NCBI GenBank assembly: GCA_030650415.1
Contig: JAUSEG010000011.1
Span: forward strand, 1,687-65,686
DNA length: 64,000 nt
Reading direction: 5' to 3'
Origin: a bacterium
Lineage (GTDB): Bacteria > Patescibacteriota > Patescibacteriia > Patescibacteriales > GWC2-42-12
In this document: positions 1 to 8,842 of the stretch, piece by piece
How positions within the stretch are numbered: position 1 is the stretch's first letter
How the letters are laid out: every line of letters begins with the position of its first letter
Translations under genes and position numbers: made by a program
The notes under the pieces: generated by a model
Told to the model about the DNA's origin: nothing
What the model saw: only the letters and a program-made list of their open reading frames with translations
Databases searched by the model: none

Positions 1-420
1 ATTAAATTTTAAAAATTCGTCTTTATCGATTAATTTTATCCAGCCAAACCGCCTAATATCGTTAAAAAAAAGCCTACTGCCATCATTAAATTTAAAAATA
101 ACCCGGCTGAATTTATTGGGTAATCCCCCGCTTTTATTTAAAATCGGGTGGCCGCCGGCCAGCCAGCCGGTTTTTGTTTTAAGAACCAGCTGACCGGTCA
201 TTTTTAAATGAATTATCAAATAATAACCGCCAAAATCAAAAACAATCATTTTCGCCCGGCGCCGAACGGCAATTACTTTTTTTCCCAGGAGATTTTTGAG
301 CTCTTTCCGAGATAGCTGAAAAACTTTTTTGTCCCTGGAATCAATGGCGACAAGTTTTTTATTTTTTAGTTTCTTGTCCAAATCGCGAACGATAGTTTCC
401 ACTTCCGGAAGTTCTGGCAT
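1..420 (-). CDS. mutM: Formamidopyrimidine-DNA glycosylase (Fpg/MutM), N-terminal 140 aa. The ORF runs off the window edge.
   Basis: Manual translation of the minus strand from the ATG at 420 gives MPELPEVETIVRDL...HLKMTGQL, the canonical Fpg N-terminus with catalytic Pro2/Glu3. There is no stop codon before position 1. Confidence 0.75.
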   Translation of the reverse strand, partial: MPELPEVETIVRDLDKKLKNKKLVAIDSRDKKVFQLSRKELKNLLGKKVIAVRRRAKMIVFDFGGYYLIIHLKMTGQLVLKTKTGWLAGGHPILNKSGGLPNKFSRVIFKFNDGSRLFFNDIRRFGWIKLIDKDEFLKFN

Positions 421-424
421 ACAC

Positions 425-580
425 TTAAAAAATTTCTAATTTCTAATTTTCAATTTTTAAACAATGACTAAATGTCTTAATTTTCAATTATTTCTTAAAA
501 AATTCAACTTAATTGAAAATTAATTCATTAAAAATTGTTTGAAAATTGGTAATTGAAAATTGAAAATTGTTACATAACTA
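425..580. repeat. AT-rich MITE-like element of the 'aattgaaaatt / attcattaaaaattgtttgaaaattg' family, copy 1.
   Basis: Near-identical blocks (ctaattttcaattt(t/c)taaacaatg..., aattaattcattaaaaattgtttgaaaattg) recur at 29880-30056 and 43975-44093. The arms are inverted. Confidence 0.7.
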
Positions 581-1142
581 TTATCTCCCCCACGTTATTG
601 CCTTTATCTATACCCGCGGCATTAGCTTCATCAGTGTCGATATGCATAGCCAACTTGAAAGTTGAGTCTACTCTAACCAGAACATTCTCGAACAATAAAT
701 CACGCGGTCCGCCGACATCAACCTTAACCCGATCGCCGTTTTCTACTCCCAGAGCATCGGCCGTTTCAGGATCAACATGAATATGCCTTAAAGCCAAAAT
801 CACGCCTCGTTTTAAAACTACCTCGCCGACCGGGCCAGAAACAATTATGCCCGGCGTTAAGTCCAAGTTTCCCGAATCTCTAACCGGCGGCTCTAAGCCA
901 AGCCTTTTAGCGTCGGTTTCCGAAACTTCCACCTGCGTTTCTTTGCGATATGGGCCGAGAATCCTAACCTTATCTATTTCGCCCGATGGACCGACCAATT
1001 TAACCTTTTCCTTGGCCGCAAATTGTCCGGTCTGGGATAAATCTTTAAATTTAGATAAAATAAAACCGGCGCCGAATAATTTTTCCGCGTCCGGTTTAGA
1101 TAAATGAATATGTCTGCCTGAGACTTCGATTTTTACTTGCAT
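570..1142 (-). CDS. PduL/EutD-like phosphotransacylase (phosphate propanoyl/acetyltransferase family).
   Basis: The 190 aa protein has two internal repeats, each with the metal-binding motif (VSGRHIHLS and ALRHIHVDP), as is typical of PduL. Confidence 0.55.
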   Translation of the reverse strand: MQVKIEVSGRHIHLSKPDAEKLFGAGFILSKFKDLSQTGQFAAKEKVKLVGPSGEIDKVRILGPYRKETQVEVSETDAKRLGLEPPVRDSGNLDLTPGIIVSGPVGEVVLKRGVILALRHIHVDPETADALGVENGDRVKVDVGGPRDLLFENVLVRVDSTFKLAMHIDTDEANAAGIDKGNNVGEIIVM

Positions 1143-1154
1143 AATAAAAATTAA

Positions 1155-2135
1155 TTATATATCCTTTTTTCTCAACAAGCCGTTTTGCGCGCCCTGTTGG
1201 CTGATTTCCGCGGCTGAATTTCTGGCCGCGAGATTAAGCGAGAGTTTTATATCTTTATTATAAAGCTCCCAGCCGGCGATAAAGGACGAACCGAAGGCGT
1301 CGCCTACTCCGGTTGTGTCAACGCGCTGGCGCTCTTTTATTATCGGCTGATGATAAGTTTTACCGGCGACCATGGCGTCGGCGCCGTGGCGGCCGTTGGT
1401 GACTACGACAATTTCCGGTCCATATGAGGTCAGAGCGGATAATAAATTTTTTTCGTTATTTAAAAAGGCCGCGCCCTGATTTTCATATTTTTTATCCGAC
1501 ATAATAAGCTCAATGGCTTCGTCCTTATTAACAATCAAACAGTTCGTACGCTTAAAATATTTTCCCAAAACTTTCACTCCGGCTAAAACCTGCCTATGGC
1601 CGGGGTTCCAGGCGATTTTCACGCCTTTAACCGAAAATATCTTTCCTAAATTTCCCAGCCAAACTCCGGATAATGAAGTTAAATACAGCCATTTTGCTTC
1701 TTCCATTATTCTTAATTCATGATTCATAATTCTTAATTCATTGTTGGCCGCCCGGTTAGAAAAGCAGATATGCTCATTCCCCGACCCGACCAAGAGGAAG
1801 GAAAAACCGGTCTCGGCTTTTTTGGTCTTTTGGATTAGAGACACGTCCACGCCTTGATTTTTAAAATTGTTTAAAATTATCCGACCGCGCTCATCGTCGC
1901 CGATGGAAGCCAGGCAAGCCGCTTTAAAACCGAGGCGGGAAAAACAAACCGCGGCGTTAGCCGCGCCGCCGCCAAAGCCGGAAAAAGACTTATCAACCTT
2001 TATTTTCGCGCCAAACTCAAAAGCCAGTAGCTTCTGCTTGGTTAAATTCTTTTTATTATTAATTAAAACTCCCTCCTTAGTATGAAAAGTAATATCTTCG
2101 GTCGCGCCGCCAATGGTAATCATGTCGTATTTCAT
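1155..2135 (-). CDS. PfkB-family carbohydrate kinase (ribokinase-like). It carries an in-frame repeat-derived insertion (see findings).
   Basis: The C-terminal motif DTTGVGDAFGSSFIAG is the PfkB signature 2, and Gly-rich anion-hole motifs are present near the N-terminus. Confidence 0.8.
   Translation of the reverse strand: MKYDMITIGGATEDITFHTKEGVLINNKKNLTKQKLLAFEFGAKIKVDKSFSGFGGGAANAAVCFSRLGFKAACLASIGDDERGRIILNNFKNQGVDVSLIQKTKKAETGFSFLLVGSGNEHICFSNRAANNELRIMNHELRIMEEAKWLYLTSLSGVWLGNLGKIFSVKGVKIAWNPGHRQVLAGVKVLGKYFKRTNCLIVNKDEAIELIMSDKKYENQGAAFLNNEKNLLSALTSYGPEIVVVTNGRHGADAMVAGKTYHQPIIKERQRVDTTGVGDAFGSSFIAGWELYNKDIKLSLNLAARNSAAEISQQGAQNGLLRKKDI
1700..1745. repeat. Tandem 'gaattaagaattatgaatcatgaatta' repeat module inside the PfkB kinase CDS. 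It encodes NELRIMNHELRIM.
   Basis: The same 'gaattatgaat(c/a)atg' motif forms the arms of the intergenic elements at 18540-18632 and 22795-22897. Confidence 0.6.
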
Positions 2136-2143
2136 ATTAACAT

Positions 2144-2230
2144 TGTCATGCTGGAGGGAACATCAGCGACCGATAGCATCTCAAGATTCTATCGCTCCTC
2201 CGCCAGCTGGCGGATCCGCTCCAGAATGAC
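2144..2230. repeat. Nested-palindrome repeat, family A (gtcatNctggaggga...cgaccgatagNatctca...ctccagNatgac).
   Basis: Read directly: tgtcatgctggagggaacatcagcgaccgatagcatctcaagattctatcgctcc...gctccagaatgac. Copies are at 17977, 27723, 31113, 36994 and 39030. Confidence 0.8.
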
Positions 2231-2247
2231 TATAATTATTGATTATC

Positions 2248-3117
2248 TTACTTTTTTAATAACTCTTTAATAAATCGTTTCATTTCCGGTCCGATGTCTT
2301 TACGGTCAAAAGCGTATTTAAGCATGGTCTTCATGTAATTTAACGGATCGCCGGTCGTTAACCATTCGCCGTCCTGCACTTCTTTGGCATAGAATTTTCC
2401 GCCGTTTCTAACATAAGTTTTTAACGCATCCACTAAATAAAGCTCATTATCCTTGCCTAGGGCGGTCTGCTTTAAAATATCGATAATCTCCTGATCTAAA
2501 ATCATCCGGCCGAAATCCGCTAATCTCGACGGCGCTTCTTCGGCGCTGGGCTTTTCAATGATATCTTCAATTTGCATGGTGCCTTTTTTAACTTTAACGA
2601 TGCCATAGCGATGAACCTGATCTAGCGGCACTTCTTGCACCCCGATCATTAAATGGCCGGTTTTATTATAATCATCCACCATTTGTTTCGCGAAAGGAAT
2701 TTTTGATTTAACCAAGTCGTCGCCCCAAACAAACATAAACGGCTCGTCTCTGACGATGCTGGAAGCCGACAAAACGGGCGTGCCGTTGCCATACGGCCCT
2801 TTTTGCCTGACATAAATAAAATTTGCCAGATTGGATATGCCTTTAATTTCTTCCAATAATTCTTCTTTGCCAGCTTTTTTTAGTTCATTAACTAAAGCCC
2901 AATTCTGATCAAAATGATCCTCCAGTGGCTTTTTATCCCACTTAGTCACTAAAATTATATCTTCTATGCCGGCCGCCACCAATTCCTCAACCACCAGTTG
3001 AATAATCGGTTTATCAACGATCGGCAACATCTCTTTAGGCATTGCCTTGGTAGCGGGTAATAAACGCGTGCCCGATCCGGCTACGGCCACTACCGCTTTT
3101 CTTATTTTTTTTATCAT
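2248..3117 (-). CDS. galU: UTP-glucose-1-phosphate uridylyltransferase.
   Basis: N-terminus KAVVAVAGSGTRLLPATKAMPKEMLPIVDKPIIQ and a length of ~289 aa are typical of GalU. Confidence 0.85.
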   Translation of the reverse strand: MIKKIRKAVVAVAGSGTRLLPATKAMPKEMLPIVDKPIIQLVVEELVAAGIEDIILVTKWDKKPLEDHFDQNWALVNELKKAGKEELLEEIKGISNLANFIYVRQKGPYGNGTPVLSASSIVRDEPFMFVWGDDLVKSKIPFAKQMVDDYNKTGHLMIGVQEVPLDQVHRYGIVKVKKGTMQIEDIIEKPSAEEAPSRLADFGRMILDQEIIDILKQTALGKDNELYLVDALKTYVRNGGKFYAKEVQDGEWLTTGDPLNYMKTMLKYAFDRKDIGPEMKRFIKELLKK

Positions 3118-3442
3118 AGGTTTCTAAAAATTGTTATTTTATATATATTATCGCCTAACGGTCTCGACTACTCTTATTATAATCCTTGTTTAAAAATCTG
3201 TCTAAATATTTTGGCTAGGCCAATTTTCCTAAAAAAGTCAAATTTCTATTTTTAGATAACATTTTTAACAAGAACTCTTTTAATAACCTGGGTTTTGGAC
3301 TATAATTAGATTAGTGAAATTATCTAATAAAAATATTATCATAATTTCGCATAACAAACAAATAAAGACTGATTCTACACGATTAGGTCGAAATTTTAAA
3401 AAACAAACTTTTTCATTTTTAATTGAGTCCTTTTAGAATTAA

Positions 3443-3480
3443 TAAAAAAGCCGCCTCAGCTTTTAGAGCGTTGGCGGCGA
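3443..3480 (-). terminator. Rho-independent terminator for the 3499..3981 gene.
   Basis: On the minus strand, a GCCGCC...GGCGGC stem (6 bp, 17-nt loop) is followed by TTTTTTATT. Confidence 0.5.
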
Positions 3481-3498
3481 TGGGTGTCAGATTGCTAT

Positions 3499-3981
3499 CT
3501 AAACACCGATTATTTTGACCTTGGGACATTCTTGAAAAACGGCTTTCTTTTTTTCGATTCGCGCCTTCATTGTGAAGACGTATATCTCATCAAACCCAAG
3601 GTCGTAGGCCTTGACGAGATCGTCGCCGTTGATCGGACACAAAGCTGAGCCGGCGTAGAGAATTGGCGGAACAACGGTTACGCCCTTACCAACGAACTTG
3701 TCTTGGAGTCTTCTTTCTTCATGCTCCAGAACGTCGCACATAATTATCCGTTCTTCCCATGTCTTTGTCACCCTGCGACCGAGTTCGTCGTATTCTACGG
3801 CATACCCAGCTTTTTCCAACGCGGCGCTAATTTTTGTTCCGCCTCCGCAGATGACTACGACGTAATTGCTTTGCGCTTTTTCAACAACGAAATCAAAGAA
3901 CTGCTGGCTGTCGGTGATATCACCTGAGCCTTTAACTAGAATGTTTTTCATTTTACACCCTCCACTTTTTGGATTTGCCAA
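3499..3981 (-). CDS. Short (160 aa) protein with an amino-acid-kinase-like (carbamate kinase fold) N-terminus. Function unknown.
   Basis: NILVKGSGDI...VVVICGGGT resembles the N-terminal ATP-binding Gly motifs of aspartokinase/UMP kinase family proteins, but the protein is far too short to be a canonical member. Confidence 0.3.
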   Translation of the reverse strand: MANPKSGGCKMKNILVKGSGDITDSQQFFDFVVEKAQSNYVVVICGGGTKISAALEKAGYAVEYDELGRRVTKTWEERIIMCDVLEHEERRLQDKFVGKGVTVVPPILYAGSALCPINGDDLVKAYDLGFDEIYVFTMKARIEKKKAVFQECPKVKIIGV

Positions 3982-4269
3982 CCGTTATTAGCTGGACATA
4001 TTATTAAAGCATATCTTGCTGATTTTGTCCATAGTAATACAAAAAATTCTAAAAGGACTCAAATAATAAGGTAAGTTTGTTTTTTAAAACTCAGGGGGTC
4101 GCTGCGCTTTCTTTTGCCCCCTTATCTGATATAATTACATTAAGGAAGGTCAAAAGAACCCTCGCCTAACACCGAATAAACGGAAAAGTCCTCAGCTCAG
4201 ACTTTTCGCAAATTTGACTTATTTTTTATTAATATGTTATCATAAAAACATACGAAATAAGTAAAAAAT

Positions 4270-4488
4270 ATGCGCAAAATAGACCTAAAATCAGTTGTTT
4301 GGAAAGAGGGAAAATATTATGTTTCTCAATGTTTAGAAGTTGAAGTCTCAAGTTTTGGTAAAACCAAAAAAGAAGCCTTGGCTATGTTGCAGGAAGCATT
4401 AGAATTATATTTTGAAGATATTCCGTTACCGAAAAAAGCTGAAGTAAAAAATCCGATTATTGCTTCGGTAAAGCTTCAATATGCCTAA
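4270..4488 (+). CDS. hicB: HicB-like antitoxin (short, RNase-H-like fold only).
   Basis: This 72 aa UPF0150-type sequence (YYVSQCLEVEVSSFGKTKKEALAMLQEALELYFE) overlaps the downstream hicA by 8 nt. Confidence 0.6.
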   Translation: MRKIDLKSVVWKEGKYYVSQCLEVEVSSFGKTKKEALAMLQEALELYFEDIPLPKKAEVKNPIIASVKLQYA

Positions 4489-4729
4489 ACCCTACCCACT
4501 GCGCATCGTCCTAAAAGTCCTTCTTAATAAGGGCTTCTTTTTTGTTTCGCAAAACGGCTCGCACGCCAAGTACCGTTGCCACCACGATCAAGAATTAACT
4601 GTAATCGTTCCGCTGCATGGCAAAGAGATTCGTTATGGCACTTTCAGGTCTATCTTACGCCAAGCTAAACTAACTGAAGAAAATTTTAAAAATAAAATAA
4701 GTCAAACTTCCAATATTCGGATACGTTAA
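4481..4729 (+). CDS. hicA: HicA mRNA-interferase toxin (YcfA family).
   Basis: This 82 aa protein contains GSHAKY...PLHGKEIRYGTFRSILRQAKL, the HicA dsRBD-like motif with the catalytic His. Confidence 0.65.
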   Translation: MPKPYPLRIVLKVLLNKGFFFVSQNGSHAKYRCHHDQELTVIVPLHGKEIRYGTFRSILRQAKLTEENFKNKISQTSNIRIR

Positions 4730-4738
4730 ACATAAATT

Positions 4739-5353
4739 ATGACTGGTAATAACACCTGGACGGCAAAACTTAAGAGAACGTTAACTTCAGTTTTGCCAAT
4801 CGCAAAAAATCGGACCGGCCAATGCCTTAATTGCGGCGCCTGCTGCAGACTGCCCAATGTCTGTTATTTCCTAAAATATAAATCCGACGGCAGTTCTTAT
4901 TGCTCAATCCATTCGCTTAGGCCGCTGAATTGCAGAAAATACCCCCGAACCGAAGCTGAACATATTACTAAAGAGACTTGCGGATTTAAATTTAAATATA
5001 ATAAAATATTAAAAAATAATTTTAATAACATGATAACTTACGAAGACTTCAAAAAACTGGAAATCAAAATCGGTAAAATAAAATCCGCGGCCAAAGCCGA
5101 AGGCGCGGATAAACTTTTAAAACTAATTTTTGATATCGGTGGCGAAGAACGGCAAATTATGTCCGCAATTGCCGAATACTATCCTGACCCGAGCGTCTTA
5201 GTCGGAAAAATGATACCGATCTTAACTAACCTTGAGCCCCGCACATTTAGAGGGCACCTTAGCCAGGGCATGATTATTGCCGCCGACCTCGACGGTTATC
5301 CGATACTCTTGCATCCGGAAAAAGAAATACCGGCCGGAAGCATGATTATATAA
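4739..5353 (+). CDS. Fusion protein: an N-terminal YkgJ-type CxxCxxCC zinc/iron-chelating domain plus a C-terminal CsaA/EMAP-like tRNA-binding domain.
   Basis: CLNCGACCRLP...CSIH...LNCRKYP forms the N-terminal domain. The C-terminal IKIGKIKSAAKAEGADKLLKLIFDIGGEERQIMSAIAEYY...GMIIAADLDGYPILLHPEKEIPAGSMI matches the tRNA_bind (Myf) domain consensus. Confidence 0.6.
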   Translation: MTGNNTWTAKLKRTLTSVLPIAKNRTGQCLNCGACCRLPNVCYFLKYKSDGSSYCSIHSLRPLNCRKYPRTEAEHITKETCGFKFKYNKILKNNFNNMITYEDFKKLEIKIGKIKSAAKAEGADKLLKLIFDIGGEERQIMSAIAEYYPDPSVLVGKMIPILTNLEPRTFRGHLSQGMIIAADLDGYPILLHPEKEIPAGSMII

Positions 5354-5399
5354 AATTTATTTAATAAAATACAAAAAATCTTGTTTTTTATAAACTGTT

Positions 5400-5915
5400 T
5401 TACTTTATGCACTTCAATTCAAAATAAATTTCGTCGTAAATATTAAATAGAAAAAAATTAAAAAATTTTTTAAACGGCAGCAAATTTCTTAATTTATGCC
5501 GTCGGTCGCCAAAATCTTTCGCCAACAATTTAACTTTTAAAACTTTAAACTTAGCTTTAGTATAAAAATGATATTCATGATCAGGACTAAAATACTGAAA
5601 ACTGTTTTCCGTAAAAAAATGCTTATGCGTCGGGTCGGAAAAAGCGCCGCTTGATTTGTAATATGGCAGGCTAATTTTAATAATCGCGCCATTTTTACAA
5701 ATACGACGAAGCTCTTCCATCACCGCGATTACATCGGTCAAGTGCTCCAATATATTATCGGCAATAACTTCGTCAACACTGTTATCGTCGAACGGGTAAG
5801 GCATTATATCTAAATCATGGACAATGTCGGCCGCTGCGGTTTTTATGCGGTCCACTCCGATAAAACCGGGATTTTTTTTATCGCCGCATCCTAAATTTAT
5901 TTTTTTTATTAGCAT
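5400..5915 (-). CDS. Class I SAM-dependent methyltransferase.
   Basis: Motif I INLGCGDKKNPGFIGVD and motif II DEVIADNILEHL are present. Confidence 0.7.
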   Translation of the reverse strand: MLIKKINLGCGDKKNPGFIGVDRIKTAAADIVHDLDIMPYPFDDNSVDEVIADNILEHLTDVIAVMEELRRICKNGAIIKISLPYYKSSGAFSDPTHKHFFTENSFQYFSPDHEYHFYTKAKFKVLKVKLLAKDFGDRRHKLRNLLPFKKFFNFFLFNIYDEIYFELKCIK

Positions 5916-5930
5916 AATTTATAAAATTAT

Positions 5931-6761
5931 TTAAATACCGAATTTATCATTTTTAATCCCCCACTTTAAAAAATACTTAAACCAGCTTTTAAGATGAACG
6001 CGCGCCACCCGGCTTTTTAAAATGGCTAATATCGGAGACTGCTCGCTTGATTCGCGGCGATGCTTATGCTTAACAACTATGTTATGGATATAATAGACTT
6101 GCCAGCCCGACCGCCAGGCGCGCCGACACCAATCACAATCTTCAAAATACATAAAATAACGATCATCGAAAAAGCCGATTTTATCGGTCAATTCTTTTCT
6201 AACGAGCATAAACGAACCCATCAGCCAATCTACCGGAACGGTTCTGTCATGTCCGAAATCGCGCATTAAATATCTGCCAACCTTGTTTTTAAAAAATTTA
6301 AATTTTACTTCAAACCCCAAGCGTCTGGCAAATTGATCTAGGAAGCGCGGATAGCGATAGCAGGATTCCTGAATCGTGCCGTCTAAGTTTAAAAGCTTGG
6401 GCGCGGCTATGCCGACCGCAGGATGGCTGGCCATAAATTCCAGCAACTTTTTAATGGCGCGGCCGCCGGCTAAAAATTCTATGTCCGGATTAAGAGGTAA
6501 ATAAAATTTCGCCGCGGCCCTCTTAAAACCAAGATTTAGGGCTTTGCCAAAACCAAGATTACCGCCCGGATTTATATAAACGACTTGCGGATAATTATTT
6601 TCCAACGCTTCTTTAATGCCGTCGGCGTTACCGGAGTTATCAACCACCTGGACAATAACCTTAATATTCTCATCGGCAATATCGGCAAAAAGCGACGCTA
6701 AACAGCGCAGTATGTCTTCTTTCATTTTCCAATTTACAATCACTATGTTTATATCAGGCAT
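5931..6761 (-). CDS. Family 2 glycosyltransferase.
   Basis: The N-terminus IVIVNWKMKEDILRCLASL and DxD-type motifs indicate a GT-A fold. Confidence 0.8.
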   Translation of the reverse strand: MPDINIVIVNWKMKEDILRCLASLFADIADENIKVIVQVVDNSGNADGIKEALENNYPQVVYINPGGNLGFGKALNLGFKRAAAKFYLPLNPDIEFLAGGRAIKKLLEFMASHPAVGIAAPKLLNLDGTIQESCYRYPRFLDQFARRLGFEVKFKFFKNKVGRYLMRDFGHDRTVPVDWLMGSFMLVRKELTDKIGFFDDRYFMYFEDCDWCRRAWRSGWQVYYIHNIVVKHKHRRESSEQSPILAILKSRVARVHLKSWFKYFLKWGIKNDKFGI

Positions 6762-6844
6762 ATTTTTACCCCGCTAGAAAAATTTTTTAGCGACGTTCGA
6801 GATTTACAAATTTATGCCCGTTTAGAAATTTTTTCTAACGGGGT

Positions 6845-7918
6845 TTACCAAAAAATTATTTTCTTTATAATTGCCCAGTAAGCGCTAAAAAGCGGATTAG
6901 CAATATACTGTAACGGCGGATTATTGATTTCCTGAAATAAAATTTTGCCGGTGAAAGGTTTAACGATTTCGCGATCCGAGAGTCTCCTTATGGAATTCAA
7001 TTCCTGCCTGAACTTTATGATTTTTTTCCAACTTTCCGCTTTTAAGAAATATCCATAGACTTTCAGCTTAACTTTAAACCAACCGCCGGCCAGCGAATAC
7101 ATCAATACACCTAAATCCATAAGGATCATGGCCGGCAGAATTAAAAGCAAGGTCAGAGGCTTATAGAAAGCTAAAACGGTGATATAGCGATTTCTTTCCA
7201 TGTAAAAAACCATCGTCATACTGCGGCTAAACTCGTATTTATGATAAACGATTGACTTGGGCGCTAAAACAATCTTATAGCCGGCTAATTTAACTTTCCA
7301 ACTCACCTCAATATCATCATGATACATATAGTACTCTTCATTATAGCCACCAATTTTATCCAAGACTTCTTTTTTAATTGCCAGAGAACAGCCGCTGGCA
7401 TAACCGTTAATCTCCGGCCAACCCGCAATCTCTCTGTCCGGCTCATTATAAAAACTAGTCATGCCAAAACCTAAAAAATGTATAATATTGCCTAAGCTAT
7501 TTATTCTGAGTTTCCCCCACTCCGCCTGATTTTTCGGATAGAGCAATATTTTTGACTGAACCAAGCCGACATCGCTTCCGCTCTCTAAGGCTCTAATAAG
7601 TTCCGCGAGCCAGTTGGCGTCGAACCTAGTGTCCATATTAGCGATCACAAAATATTCGCAGCCGTCCTCGGCGCCTTTTTTTATTCCCGCGTTATTGGCG
7701 GCCGAATAATTTCCGTCCGACCGAGGAACAATCACGGCTTCGGGATAGGTTTCACCAATATACTTTCTGGACTCGGGGCTCGAAGCATTATCAACAATAT
7801 AAACGGCGAATAAATCCTTAGGATAATTTTGCGATCTTAAGCTATCCCGGCATTCGACCAAGAATCTATTAACGTAATCTTTATAATTTACTAAGACAAT
7901 GGCGGTTTTTTTACTCAT
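6845..7918 (-). CDS. Family 2 glycosyltransferase with C-terminal membrane segments.
   Basis: AIVLVNYKDYVNRFLVECRDSL...YIVDNASS is a GT2 N-terminus. Hydrophobic C-terminal helices are present. Confidence 0.75.
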   Translation of the reverse strand: MSKKTAIVLVNYKDYVNRFLVECRDSLRSQNYPKDLFAVYIVDNASSPESRKYIGETYPEAVIVPRSDGNYSAANNAGIKKGAEDGCEYFVIANMDTRFDANWLAELIRALESGSDVGLVQSKILLYPKNQAEWGKLRINSLGNIIHFLGFGMTSFYNEPDREIAGWPEINGYASGCSLAIKKEVLDKIGGYNEEYYMYHDDIEVSWKVKLAGYKIVLAPKSIVYHKYEFSRSMTMVFYMERNRYITVLAFYKPLTLLLILPAMILMDLGVLMYSLAGGWFKVKLKVYGYFLKAESWKKIIKFRQELNSIRRLSDREIVKPFTGKILFQEINNPPLQYIANPLFSAYWAIIKKIIFW

Positions 7919-7949
7919 AAAATATTTTAAGCTTACCGCTATCCAAGCG

Positions 7950-8819
7950 TTAAGTTTTCCTCCGGCTTTTTAAATTTGCAATCTCGCTTAAGCGAGCGAT
8001 AAATATGCCAACCGGCCAAAAAATTTTTAAAATATAGTATTGCCAAATCGGCTGCCATTTTTTAAAATATTTAAGCATGGAGTCGCGAAAATATTCCTGG
8101 GTCTTGTCTCTCTTTACCTGTGAAAAACTTCTACCCACATAATCAACGCATTTTATATCCGCCGCGTACATAATTTCCCAGCCGGCAACCCTTACCCGAC
8201 GGCAGTAATCGACTTCCTCAAACCAAATAAAATATCTTTCATCCAACCAGCCGACTTTTTCCAGAACCTCTCGGCGAATCATAAAAAATGACCCCCTGAT
8301 AGACTCAACCGCTGAATCTTTTTCGTAATCAAAGTCCTTTTGCAAATAACCGTCCAAAACCGAAGGAAAAAGATGCGGCAATTTTAAAACTATGGCCAGC
8401 TGGTTAAGAGCTCCGGGAAAATGCCTGATTTGAGGAACCGTTTCTCCGCTCTCTTTAATTAAATGGCAGCCGCCCACGCCCGCCTGCTTATGCTCGTCCA
8501 GCCATTTAATCATTTTTTCTAAAGTCCCGGGCATGACCCGCATATCCGGATTTAACAGCAAAACATACCTGCCTCGGGACAATTTAATTGCCTGATTGTT
8601 GGCCTTAGAAAAACCGGCGTTATAATTATTGGCGATTAATTTAATCTCATTCCGGGAAGCGAATTCCGTCTTAATCATCTGGGCCGTATCGTCTTTTGAA
8701 TCATTGTCAACCACGAATATTTCGTATTCAATTCCTCGGCTATTGGCGATTATGGCATTTAAATTTTCTCTAACCAAATTTTTGACGTTCCAGGAGACGA
8801 TGACGATGGATAAATCCAT
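7950..8819 (-). CDS. Family 2 glycosyltransferase.
   Basis: LSIVIVSWNVKNLVRENLNAI...VVDNDSKDDT is a GT2 signature. Confidence 0.8.
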   Translation of the reverse strand: MDLSIVIVSWNVKNLVRENLNAIIANSRGIEYEIFVVDNDSKDDTAQMIKTEFASRNEIKLIANNYNAGFSKANNQAIKLSRGRYVLLLNPDMRVMPGTLEKMIKWLDEHKQAGVGGCHLIKESGETVPQIRHFPGALNQLAIVLKLPHLFPSVLDGYLQKDFDYEKDSAVESIRGSFFMIRREVLEKVGWLDERYFIWFEEVDYCRRVRVAGWEIMYAADIKCVDYVGRSFSQVKRDKTQEYFRDSMLKYFKKWQPIWQYYILKIFWPVGIFIARLSEIANLKSRRKT

Positions 8820-8842
8820 AAAATAAAAAATTATAAAACGGC

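Noticed and set aside
2082-2270. 62-aa plus-strand ORF across the family A repeat between pfkB and galU
   Set aside because: It consists almost entirely of the palindromic repeat, so it is a product of the repeat sequence rather than a gene.
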